Positions 52,430-64,000 of a stretch of 64,000 bases of DNA are shown here, piece after piece. Each line of letters opens with the position of its first letter. Within the stretch, counting starts at the first letter, position 1. The DNA comes from Eimeria praecox (taxonomy: Eukaryota), in contig OY986949.1 of assembly GCA_963920595.1 (NCBI GenBank), forward strand, positions 2,294,001 through 2,358,000. The letters are read 5' to 3'. The position numbers and the translations under genes were made by a program. A model generated the notes under the pieces. That model worked only from the letters and a program-made list of their open reading frames with translations, made no database searches and was not told the DNA's origin.

Positions 52430-52850
52430 GAGGAGGAGTGCGAGTTTCATGCATGCTCAGAGACAGGGGAGACGATTTTATCGGATTTGTGTATTTGGGT
52501 GCCACAGAGCAGCAAATGCGTGAAGGTGTCTATACAGCACGCGAGCAGCTTCGCGCTGCAGCAGCAGCTGCTGCTGCCGCTCTTTGCTCTTGTAGAGGCA
52601 GTGCAGCAAGACTTGCTGCAGCCGGCCCTATCTGCCCTCAAGCTGGTAAGAAGCAGCTACTGCTGCCGCTCTCCTGCTGCTGCTGCTGCTACTGCTGCTG
52701 CTGCTGCTACTGCTGCTACTGCTGCTGCTGCTGCTACTGCTGCTACTGCTGCTGCTGTTGACCTCGCTGCTGCAGCAATTGCTGCAGCAGCGAGATCAGC
52801 TCACGATCCTAAGCTACACTGCCTCGAGGATGCTGAGTTTGAAGGAGTGG

Positions 52851-52882
<32 letters not shown>

Positions 52883-53308
52883 GCAGCAGCAGCAGCAGAA
52901 CAGTAGCAACGAGCAGAGCAGCAGCACATGTAAGGTGTGTTTGTTGTCTTGTTTGATGTTGCTGCTGCTGCAGGATGATTATCTGCATGGGGGCCCCGAG
53001 CCTGTGCTGCAGATTCAGGTTGGTGGTGTGTCTGTGTCTGTCTCTCGCTGCTTTGTTGTAGAAGCAGAAGATATTGAGGTCAACATACACCCCATTTCGC
53101 TGCAGCAGACACCTTCAGCCCTTCGTAGTTTAGTGCAGCAGGAACAAGAGCGCATGCAGCTGCTGCAGGCGAAGCAGAAGAAGCAGCTTGAAGAGATTAC
53201 AGCAGACACAATCGGACAGCTCAGCCAACAGCTGCAGCAACAGCAGCAACAGCGGAAACAGCAGCGGCAGCAACACCGGAAACAGCAACAACAACAACAG
53301 CAACAGCA

Positions 53309-53352
<44 letters not shown>

Positions 53353-53465
53353 AACGGGGGGCTCGCAGCAACGAAGGAAGACAGAATGAAGAAGAGGCTT
53401 TCTTCCCTCATGTTGATGTTCTCCTCAACGCCCCAAGAATTCGTTATGTGGCAGAGGGACTCGAC

Positions 53466-53527
<62 letters not shown>

Positions 53528-53659
53528 GGGGTCGGGGTTGCTGCAGCACACAGAATCAATGCCTCCTCTCTTTATAGGCGAGATTATTCGAGTATCAGTA
53601 AACCGCAGACACTGGCAGCTGAAGGGCGCAAGTCAGCAGCAGCAGCAGCAGCAACAGCA

Positions 53660-53696
<37 letters not shown>

Positions 53697-53948
53697 GGAT
53701 ATAGCGAAGCCCAGCAATGGGTGTGTATGTTTGTTGAAGGGGCGACTGCACTGTATACAGAGAGCCTTAGTGTTGCTGCTGTGGCTACAGCAGCAGCAGA
53801 AGCAGCGCATGCAGTAGGGCCTCTTGTTCGACAGGTTGCAGCAGCAGCAGCTGCTTACCAGCAGCAGCTGCAGCACCACAAGACAGCTTCTCTTGCTTCA
53901 GGCCGTCTAGTCCGCTGCAGCTACGGACCCCACGAGATCTTATCCCCG

Positions 53949-53984
<36 letters not shown>

Positions 53985-54567
53985 ACAGACGGCGCTGCAG
54001 CAGCACATGTCAATCCGCTGTATGTTTGCTTCTCTCAAGTCTACCTGGCCTGTCTAAGGAGGTCAGAAACAGCAGCAGCAGCAGCAGCAGCAGCAAGTGC
54101 TGCTTCTGATGCTGCAGGCAGCGGGTTGCTGCGACTTGCTGATGCTGCGTCTTCAACTCGCTGTAGAGTCAAAACCAGCAGCAGCAGCCGCAGCAACAGG
54201 AGTCACCGCAGCCACAGCAGCAGCCGCCGCAGCAGCAGCAGCAACAGCAACAGCAGCAGCTGCAGCAGCAGGAGCCGCCGCAGCAGTAGAGACAGCGGCT
54301 ACAGCAGCCTTTACGACATAAGAAGGCGTAGAGAACGCTTACTTTCTGGGGTGTCTGCGGAGACACCTGCCCTTACGGAAGTGGAAGCCAGCAGCAACTG
54401 CAGCCAACGCGGCAGCAGCAGCAGCAGAAGCAGCAGCAGAAGCAGCACGAAGAGCAGCAAAGAGATATCTGTGTTCGGCCCTAGAAGACACATGACGCCT
54501 ACCGCAGCCAGGTGTAGGCGCAGCTTGCAGACTGCCCGCAGCAGCAACTTTACCGATGTCAGTGGAC

Positions 54568-54602
<35 letters not shown>

Positions 54603-55225
54603 GACCAACAGCAGCAGCAAGAGCAGAAGCAACAAGAACAGCAGCAAAAGCAGCAAGAACAGCAGCAGCAGCAGCAGCAGCAGCAGGATGAGGAAGCCGA
54701 AGTCCTACCACTGCAACCTGCTCTCTGTCCCTTTGCAGACCCTGCTGTACGTGCTGCTGTTCCAGCTGTACATACACCTGGGCTGCAGATGCTGCTGCAG
54801 CAGAAGCTGCAGCAGCAGCCTGCTGCAGTAGATATGACGTCTTGGCTTGCTGTGGGGCGCTGCATCACCCCGCCGCAGCGACTCCACCAGCAGCACAGCC
54901 AGCAGCAGCAGCAGCAGCAGCAGCAGGAACGGCGGAGATACAAGCAGCAGCGTGTCTTTCTTCGGCATCTTTGGCGGCAGCATCAGGGCATCGACTGCAG
55001 CAGCAGCAGCAGCAGCAGCAGCACATGGTGCGCATACACCCCAGTGGCAGCAGTAAGTGTGGAAAGAGTTGCTGCCTGTGTTGATGATTACCGAAGAGCA
55101 GCAGCAGCAGCAACAGCAGCAGCAGTCCTAGTGCTGCCACCGCCACACAGCACATATCATACGTTGCAGCTGCGGATGCAGTCGCTGCAGCTGCTGCTGT
55201 TTGAGGGACACCTCCAGCAGCAACT

Positions 55226-55260
<35 letters not shown>

Positions 55261-55944
55261 GGCTTCTGCTACAGGACAAGCAGCTTGTGCGGCATCACCT
55301 GGCTCGACTCCGTAAGACAAACCCAGAACTCTTCGGGTGTACAGGCAAGCCTGCAGCAGCAGCAGCAGCAGCAGCAGCAGGAATAGCGCAGCAGCCTGTG
55401 CTGCTGGTGTCTTCCGACCAGGTCGATGTACACTTCGCTTCCCTGAAGCTGACTGCAGCGAAATGCAGCAGCAGCAGCAGCAACTGCAGCAGCAGCAGCA
55501 GAAGCAGTGAAGAGGAGGAAGAAGCAGAAGATATGAGGCGGCTGCTGCTGCAGCCACAGAATGTTATAATACGCTGTGCTCAGAGTGCAGCAGCAGCAGC
55601 AGCAGCAGCAACTGCAGCAGCAGCATGGACCCGCAAAGTCTTCGGCCCAGCCCAAGCAGTGGCAGTTGCTGCTGCTGCTGCTGCTGTTCGTGAGGAGCAC
55701 ATTGCATGCGCTCGATATAGAGAGAGCTGCGCGAGCTGCTGCTGCAGCAGCAGCCCCACAGCCACCAGCTACACGTTAGACAGCTCTATACAGCAGCAGC
55801 AGCAGCAGCAACAGCAGCAACGGAAGATACAGCTGCAGCTCGAAGTCAGTTTGCTGCAGGACCTACAGCTGCAATTCCTACTAGAGGGTCTTTTGCTGCT
55901 GCGGCTGCTGCTGCCGGCGCTGCACCTGGGCGCGGCTGTCAGGT

Positions 55945-55991
<47 letters not shown>

Positions 55992-56084
55992 ACAGGAGCA
56001 GATGATGATTCCCCGGAGACAGCAATTTCTGATGAATCAGCTCTGCTAAACAACAAGAGGTGTAAGGAAGCAGCAGGATCAGAA

Positions 56085-56117
<33 letters not shown>

Positions 56118-57208
56118 GCAGCAGCAGCAGCACCTGCTGCATGCAGCAACACTGTGCTTCCGCAGCTGCTGTCGGCGGACTGTTTGCTGCAGCTGCGGCG
56201 GGGTCTTTGCTGCCAGGTCTTTGGGCCGCCATCAGCAGCAGCATCGTCTGCTGCTGCTGCTGATGCTGCTGCTGCTGCTGCTGCTGCTGCAGATGCTGCT
56301 TGCCCGCCGCTGCTGCAGCTGGATCAGCTCTTCGCACGGGTGAGCGTCTTCTTCGAGAAGCAGCAGCAGCAACAGCAGCAGCAATACCAAGAGCAGCAGC
56401 AGCAGCAGCAGCAACTGAAGGTAGATGCGCAGCTGTTTGTACGGGGCATCGATGAAGACCGACATCAAGAGCAGCAGCAGCAGCAGCAGCAGCAGGAGCA
56501 GCAGCAGCAGCATTCCACGAGAGATCACCGGCGTAGCCCTGTGAACCTGTGGGAAAGGCAACATACACAGCAGCAGCAGCAGCAGCAGCAGCAGCTGTCG
56601 CTGAATGTAACCCCTGAACGGGTTATTCTGCTGCTGCAGCTGCTGCTTGGTAGCAGCTGCAGCGGCTCGTGGGCCGACTACAGCAGCTGTGCAGATCAGC
56701 AGCAGCAGCAGCAGCAGCAGCAGCAAGATCAGCAGCAGCAAGATGAGCAGGAGCAGCAGCAGGAGCTACAGCGCAGCAGCTGGTTGGTTGAGGTGTATAG
56801 GGAGCTTCGGCAGCAAGCAGACGTCCTCCTTAAGCTGAGAGCAGCAGCAAGAGACATACACTTAAGATTCAACTTCGCCCGCTGCAGTGTTGCTGCTGCA
56901 GAGCTGCATGATATGCTGCTGCTGCGGCAGTTCTGCTCGGTGGGGCCCCCTGCAAACAACAACAACAACAACAACAGCAGCAGCAGCAGCAGCAGCAGCA
57001 CGAGCCAGAGACGACACAGGTATGGGGGAGGCAGCAGCAGCAGGGCAGCCAAAGCAGTAGCGCATGCAGCAGCAGCAGCAGCATCAACTGATGCTGCTGC
57101 TGCTGCTGCTGCAGGTGTTGGTGCAGCAGCAGCAGCAGCCCTGCCCCCTGACAGTTTGCTCACAGAATATCCGCAGCAAGACAGCAGGACTTCAGAAGAA
57201 AAAAGGCT

Positions 57209-57252
<44 letters not shown>

Positions 57253-57807
57253 CAGGGGGCCCAGTAGAGCTGCTACGTAAAGGCTTTGCTAGCCTCCGCA
57301 GCAAGACACCGCCGGAGTGGGGAGCACTGACAGACAGCAGCAGCAGCGGCAGCGGCTCTGAGTTTGCTGCAGCTGGCAGCAGCACGAAGACACGCTCTTC
57401 TCGGCAGCAGCAGCAGCAGCAGCAGCAGCAACGAAAGTTGCTGCTGCAGGATGACCTCTGGAAGAGTGTTTCGTGGGACAATCGAGCAGGTGGACAGCAG
57501 CGGCAGCAGCAGCGGCAGCAGCAGCAGCAGCAGCAGCAGCGGCGTGATGTCTCGATGCAGCTGCAGCAGCAGGGTTTGTGGTTTGAAGGCTTGCATACAT
57601 GGTCTGGCAGAGGCAGCGGGCTGCTGCGAGAGGACTGGTGCAGCAGCAGCAGCAGCAACCTGAGCAGCAGCAGCAACCTGCGCAGCAGCAGCAACCTAAG
57701 CAGCAGCAAAAGCGGCAGCAACATGAGCATCAACGACGGCTTCTGCTGTTCTTCAGACTCAGCTCCATCTGCTGCAGAGACAGCGAAGTCAGACACACCC
57801 GTTAAAG

Positions 57808-57847
<40 letters not shown>

Positions 57848-57962
57848 TCGTGTCTTCACAGTAGCTGATATTATGGAAGACATCAAGAGAAAACAACTGC
57901 GTCAAAGCGTTGTCTTGCTGCGGCATCTGCTGCTGAGCTTTGAGTGTGATGACCTCCCTTAT

Positions 57963-57995
<33 letters not shown>

Positions 57996-58216
57996 CGTCG
58001 GGCGTATGCTGGGCGGTTTGTGCAGACGCAGCATCAGCAAGTAGAGGAACACCATCAACAGCAACAGCAGCAGCAACAGCAGCAGCAGCAGCAATTTGCT
58101 GCTGCTGTGTCTCGTGTGTGGGGTCTCACGCTGCCGTCTCACCAATCTATCCCCTCTCCTCATCTGCTGCCGCTGCTGCGTATTCCTGGTGTCCGTATAG
58201 AGCGGCAGAAGCTGCC

Positions 58217-58249
<33 letters not shown>

Positions 58250-59036
58250 TGATTCCTCTCAAGCAGCATGCATGCTGCTACACTGTCCCTCCTTGCTGCT
58301 GTCTCCGACAAGCCTCGCCCTCGCCTTCAGGTGTATGGACGCAGCAGATGCAGCACGACAGCAGCTAGAGCCGTACCTTGAGTTGCTGCTGCCATCAAAG
58401 AATCAGCAGCAGCAGCAGCAGCAGCAGCAGCGGGGCATGCGCCGCAGCAAGCGACATCAGCAGCAGACACAGCAGCGGCAGATGTCTTGCGGTACAATAG
58501 ATTTGGCCCTCAGGTGTCTCTACCCTCAAGTGAGTGTACACTACATTGATCTGCAGCAGCAGCAGCAGCAGTTGCTGCTGCTGCAGGAGCCCGCTGTACA
58601 CATGAGCCGCAGCCGCAGCAACAACACGGCGAGCCGTACAGGAGCTGCTGCTGCTGCTGCTGCTGCAGCAGCAGCAGCAGCAGCAGACAGTCTCTATGGG
58701 GAGACAGGAGACAGCTACATCTCTGAGGGACGGTGCTGCCATATCTCAGCAGCAATATCTGTTAATCCGCTGCCGCTGCTGCAGGAGCATTCGCGAATAG
58801 TAGCAGCAATGCGGGCTGACAACAACAGAATAGCAGCAGCAGCAGCAGCAGCTGCTGCTGCAGCAGCAGCAACAGCAGCAGAGACAGATGCTGCTGCTGC
58901 GGCAGAAAACTCAGAGAGACAGCACGGATGCTCCAGGCAGCAGCCGTGTGCTGCAGCTGCTGCAGCACGACTGACTGCTTGGGCAGCAGCAGCAGAAGCA
59001 GCAGCCCATAGACCCCGCAGCAGCCGCCCCAAACTT

Positions 59037-59083
<47 letters not shown>

Positions 59084-59531
59084 GAGCCACTCCGGGCATT
59101 CGGATTTAACTAGAGGCCATACGACAACACGTTTATATACACAGCTGCGGGGTGTCTGCGGCTGCTGCTGCCGCGGTGCAGCACCAGCAGCGAAGGATAC
59201 AGCTTCGACAGCAGCAGCAGCAGCTGCTGCTGCTGCAGCTGCTGCTGCTGCAGATCGGGCTGTGCTGCCATCGCTGCTGCTGCTGCCGCTGCCTGACGAG
59301 GACCCTGCTCTGTGTGCCCCCATAGAGCTGATCCAGCACGCCTACAGCAGCCACAGCAGCAGCGAGCTTCGCTCAGCTCTTTCAGGTGTACAGACAGCTC
59401 AGTTTGTCTTCTCAACTCCTCTTGCTGTTGCAGAAGCCCGACTAGAGATTGCTGCAGAGGCTGTTGCTGCTGCTCCTGCAGCAGACTGGAGACAGCAGCA
59501 AGGGCAGCAGCAAGTGCAGCAACCGCAACCG

Positions 59532-59572
<41 letters not shown>

Positions 59573-59944
59573 GCACTTGCTGCTGGTAGACCTGGTTTGT
59601 CGTGTGGGGCCAGTATGTGGGTCTGTGGGGGCTCTTCATGTTGCTGGTTTGCTGTGGCATCTGCCCTTGGCTGCTGCTGCTTCTGGTGCTGGTGCTGCTG
59701 CTGCTGCTAATACAGCAAGACACCGCAGCAACAGGGGGGGAGAATACTGCAGCAGCAGCAAAAGCCCCGCACGCTACCTCCTCCCTGAGCAGCTTGCTTC
59801 AGCATGTCTGACGAGTAGCGACAGCGAGCATCCAGCTTCTCCTGTTGCTGCTGCTGCTGCTGCAGCAGCAACAGCAGCAACAACAACCAAAGCCCCTACT
59901 ACACCTCTTGCAGCAGCAGCAGGCCGCGCTATACAAGGACCTAG

Positions 59945-59975
<31 letters not shown>

Positions 59976-60013
59976 AAGCGCAGCAGCAGCCAAGTGGACA
60001 ATGACCCATCCAT

Positions 60014-60051
<38 letters not shown>

Positions 60052-60118
60052 CAGGAGGGCAGCAACATGATCCGCCAGCCCAAGGCGTGTGGGGCGATTC
60101 AAAGAACAACAACACCAA

Positions 60119-60165
<47 letters not shown>

Positions 60166-60398
60166 GCAGCAGCAGTTCAAGATCTGCTGCAGTGCCACAG
60201 CTCCTAAGACCTGTATTATGTATAAGAGAGGTTTGTTGTTTGCTTCTCTTGTCTCTGCCGCAGCTAGGCTGCAGCTGCCAGCTGCGGTGGGGCTGCTGCT
60301 TGTTTGCTGCTCCTTCAGAGAGCTTTTCTATGCTGCAGCAGCTGCTGCATCGTATGCTGCTAGCCTGCAATATAAGCAGGACAAGACCTACACCAACA

Positions 60399-60431
<33 letters not shown>

Positions 60432-60472
60432 ACTCTTCATCCTAATACTGCTAACACTGCTGGAGCGACATA

Positions 60473-60510
<38 letters not shown>

Positions 60511-61426
60511 CACATCTGCATGCAGGAGACAGGCAGCAGCAGCAGCTAGCAGACGATTTGTCTGAAGCAAGCAGCAGAGTAGATGCGTATGAGGGTACAG
60601 CAGAAACAGCAGCAGCAGCAGCAGCAGCAGCAAGAGCAGCAGGTTCAGCAGCAGGAGCTGCTGCTGCTTCAGGAATGCAGGAAAATACGAATCTGTCAGG
60701 GGCCCCTCAGCAGCATGGACACCATCATCAGCAGCAGCATCAGCAGCAGCATCAGCAGCAGCAGCAGCAGCAGCAGCACAGGCGTCTGCGGCCTTCTGCT
60801 GCTCGTAAGATGCTGCATGCATATTTAGAAGAAGAAGCAGCAGACACACAGCTAACTGCTGGTGGGGCTGGCACTGCTCTGCCGCGGCTGCAGCAGCTGC
60901 AGTCTACAGCAGCAACTGCAGCAGCAACTGCAGCAGCAACTGCAGCAGCAAATGCTGCACACACCGAGCAGCAGCAATTGCAAACACCTGCCAAACAACA
61001 ACGCAGACAAATATCTATAGGAATCGTCGTTGAAGAAGTAACCCTAAACCCTAAACCCTAAACCCTAATAAACCCCCAAACCCTAAACCCTAAACCCTAA
61101 TAAACCCCCAAACCCTAAACCCTAAACCCTAATAAACCCCCAAACCCTAAACCCTAAACCCTAATAAACCCCCAAACCCTAAACCCTAAACCGTAGTTAA
61201 CCATAAACTCTAAACCCTAAACCTTAGTCAGCCCCCCAATCCTAAAACCTTAATCGTAATAAACCCTAAACCCTAAACCCTAATAACCCTTCAAACCCTA
61301 AACCCTAGGCCCTAAACCCTAAACCCTAATAAACCCCAAATCCTCCTGAATTCGGATTTGCATGATAGCTGCGACATGAGCACATCATAACAAACAATCC
61401 TGTGTTGCTGCTGCTGCTGCTGCTTT

Positions 61427-61457
<31 letters not shown>

Positions 61458-61821
61458 TTTGCTGCTGTTGCTGCTGCTGCTGCTTTTGCTGCTGTTGCTG
61501 CTGCTGCTGCTGCTTACAGATTTGCTGCTCGTTATTAAGCAGCACAACAAACCTCCCCTTCTGCTGCATCTGCTGCAGCGATGCAGCATGCAGCCTGCAG
61601 CTGCTGCTGCAGGATCAAAGAAATCTGCAGCTAGAAGTAGATTTAGCGGACTGGCGTGTATTAGATCTCTCTCCCAAACCAGCAGCAGCAGCAGCAGCTG
61701 CTGCTGCTGCTACTGCTGCTGCTGCTGCTGCTGGCGCAAGCAACGAAATACAGCAGCAACACAAACCGCAACACCAACAAAGACGACTCGCCCCGTGGCA
61801 CCGCAAAATGCCTGCAGCAGA

Positions 61822-61852
<31 letters not shown>

Positions 61853-61855
61853 CCC

Positions 61856-61886
<31 letters not shown>

Positions 61887-62422
61887 AACATTCACCAGAG
61901 CTTACTGCTGCTGCTGCTGCTGCTGCTGTACGTACACCAGAACCTGCTGCTGGGTTGCAACCAATTCGCACTCCTTCTTGTTCTGAAGAAGCCTTAGGGA
62001 CAGGAGCAGAAGCAGCAACACCAACAGCAGCAGCAGCAGCAGCAGCAGCAGGAGCCCTGCATGCAGCAGCAGCAACAGGTACAGCAACACGCCCTTCCTC
62101 AGCAGCAAGAACTCCCGGTAGAGTTCGGGCGAAGCTGCAGCAGCTGCTGCCAGCGATGAAGCAGCGTGCTGCTGCTGCAGCTGCTGCTCCAGCTGCACAG
62201 CTGCATCGCCTTGTCTCCCATGCAGCAGCAGCAGCAACAGGACATAGAGCTGCTGCTGCAGGCAGCCGCACACCTGCTGCACCTGATTTCTATGAGGGTC
62301 GTGGGGAAGCAGAAGCTGCAGCAGAAGCAGCAGCAGCAGCAGCAGCAGGTGCTGCTGCTGCTGCTGCTTCTCACCACGGAAAGTGGTCCTTGTTCGGACA
62401 CCGTACGAGCAGCAAGTTTCTT

Positions 62423-62463
<41 letters not shown>

Positions 62464-63080
62464 AGAGGATGCATCAGGCGAACAGGGGGATCTAGCTTCC
62501 TACTCTGATGATGAGAATACGCTGCTGGGGTCTAGCTGCAGCAGCAGCAGCAGCAGCAGTAGCAGCAGCAGCAGCAGCGGCAGCAGCGCACCAAAGCTGC
62601 ATGGAGGAGCAGCAGATGCAACAGCAGCAGCGGAGGCAGCAGCAGCAGCAGAGGCAGAAGCAGCAACGGCAGCAGCAGTAGCAGCAGCAGCAGCAGAAGC
62701 TGCTGATACAATCGTAGAAGAGGAGGCATCGTTGCTGCTGAAGCTGAGAGAACAGTTTGCTGCTGATGTCTCCTCTGTAGCAGCAGATGAGGGATCTGCA
62801 GCAGCAGCAGCAGCAGCAGCAGGAGCAGCAGAAACAGAAACAGCAGAAGAAGCAGCAGCAGCCACCGCTTCACCCTCTCGGCGGAGCTCTGCAGCAGCAG
62901 GAGCAGCAGCAGCAGCAGCAGCAGCAGGGCTGTGGGGCGCCAGTACAGCTGTTGACTTCGAGGCCTTTCCCTTCGCAGCTGTAGGGAGAGAAGCAGCAGC
63001 AGCAGCAAAACAGGAGCTGCTGCTGGGGCTGCAGCAAGAGCAGCGGCGGCGCACACAGCAGCGGCAAGAGGAGGAAGCGA

Positions 63081-63120
<40 letters not shown>

Positions 63121-63186
63121 ACAACAGCAACAGGAGCAACAGCAACAACAGCAACAGCAGCAGCAGGAAGCTGAGGAAGAAGAGCT

Positions 63187-63221
<35 letters not shown>

Positions 63222-63390
63222 GACGACGTCAGCAGCTATCTGAGCCTGCATTCTCTGTCTCCTACTTTTTGGGTGTTGTGCTTCCCCCGGGACTAAAAGC
63301 ACTACGTATCATATCTCCTCTATTCGAGCTGCAGACACAGCAGCAGCAGCAGCAGCAGCAGGAGCAGCAGCAGGAACAGCAGCAGGAAGA

Positions 63391-63426
<36 letters not shown>

Positions 63427-63536
63427 TACAGACCCTTGGAGACAGAAAGAAACAAACACTCACAGACTCTCAGCACACGCGGTGTCTCTTCGATGCAGCC
63501 ACAGATTTGTTGTCCTTGATTGCGGCCGCTTCCAGG

Positions 63537-63595
<59 letters not shown>

Positions 63596-63685
63596 CTGCT
63601 GCTGCCGCTGCTGTGGGGGACGCTGCCTTTCTCTTGTGGGATACGCTCGCTGGCGCGTGGCTACCTGTCATATTCTGCGCTTCGT

Positions 63686-63777
<92 letters not shown>

Positions 63778-63778
63778 T

Positions 63779-63816
<38 letters not shown>

Positions 63817-64000
63817 TTGCTGCTGCTTGTGTTCAGGTGTTTGACTATTTGCTGCTGCACATCGATCCAGTTCGTGTGTCTCTGACATCATCATTCGTGG
63901 AGTGTATATACAGCTTCTTCTTTCCTCCTGCTGCTCCTCAAGCTGTAGATGCTGTAGCTCTGCTCGCACCCTCCTTCAAATACCCTGCTGCTGCTGCCGC
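47327..64000 (+). CDS. Giant bridge-like lipid transfer protein, BLTP2/KIAA0100/Hobbit/FMP27/SABRE-like, full of A/Q/S homopolymers; 3' end outside the window
   Basis: Exons 47327-52645, 52776-61037, 61520-63535 and 63837->64000 join in phase 0 via GT-AG introns. There is an N-terminal hydrophobic anchor followed by ESLHHSGFLSLKDA, and many short beta-strand-like segments. The last exon VFDYLLLHIDPVRVSLTSSFVECIYSFFFP resembles the BLTP2 C-terminal (Apt1) segment EHFEVNVVPLTIQLT..F...MGFFFP. Confidence 0.72.
61040..61340 (+). repeat. Intronic telomere-like (AAACCCT)n array with a 32-bp higher-order unit
   Basis: Unit AATAAACCCCC(AAACCCT)3 starts at 61067, 61099, 61131 and 61163, then degenerates. 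Confidence 0.95.

Larger units (their letters stand above)
45800..64000. repeat. CAG/CTG trinucleotide-repeat-rich segment
   Basis: Very many short to long (CAG)n/(CTG)n runs, largely absent before about 45.8 kb. Confidence 0.97.

Noticed and set aside
52758..52906. Apparent frameshift or overlap between the 1863-aa and 2767-aa ORFs (programmed frameshift or pseudogene)
   Set aside because: Explained by a canonical phase-0 intron at 52646-52775 (CTG|GTAAGA...CTGCAG|CAA).
61067..61195. 32-bp periodic repeat as a CRISPR array or true telomere
   Set aside because: There are no unique spacers or cas genes, the units are telomere-derived, and the array lies inside an intron with coding sequence continuing beyond it.
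47095..63969. Dozens of poly-Leu/poly-Cys/poly-Ala ORFs on both strands
   Set aside because: These are shadow frames of stop-free CAG/CTG repeats overlapping the real gene.
1..64000. tRNA, rRNA or snRNA genes
   Set aside because: No cloverleaf or recognisable structural RNA was seen by eye. A tRNAscan-SE/Infernal run would be needed to exclude them.

Overview
Intron-rich eukaryotic genomic DNA, most likely from a coccidian apicomplexan (Eimeria-like). The assignment rests on CAG/CTG arrays encoding Ala/Gln/Ser homopolymers, intronic AAACCCT telomere-like repeats and TGCATGCA motifs. About 1-45.7 kb is repeat-poor and holds six spliced genes: a kinesin (+), a Ulp2/SENP6-7-like SUMO protease (-), a Rad5-like SNF2/RING helicase (-), a divergent PP2A scaffold-A-like HEAT protein (+), an SRSF10/SCL-like SR protein (+) and a type I Hsp40/DnaJA with a CaaX end (-). 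From about 45.8 kb the sequence switches to a CAG-saturated segment. It carries one giant gene (over 5,200 codons, running off the window) that I read as a BLTP2/Hobbit/FMP27/SABRE-type bridge-like lipid transfer protein hidden by homopolymer insertions. Other points of note: three GC-AG introns; a microexon and candidate poison splice sites in the SR gene; CTG-polarised introns against CAG-polarised exons; a splice donor fused to a telomeric array with a 32-bp higher-order unit; a G-quadruplex-capable repeat in the Hsp40 GC-AG intron; and faint gypsy-retrotransposon-like relics. Exon models were built by eye and are unverified.
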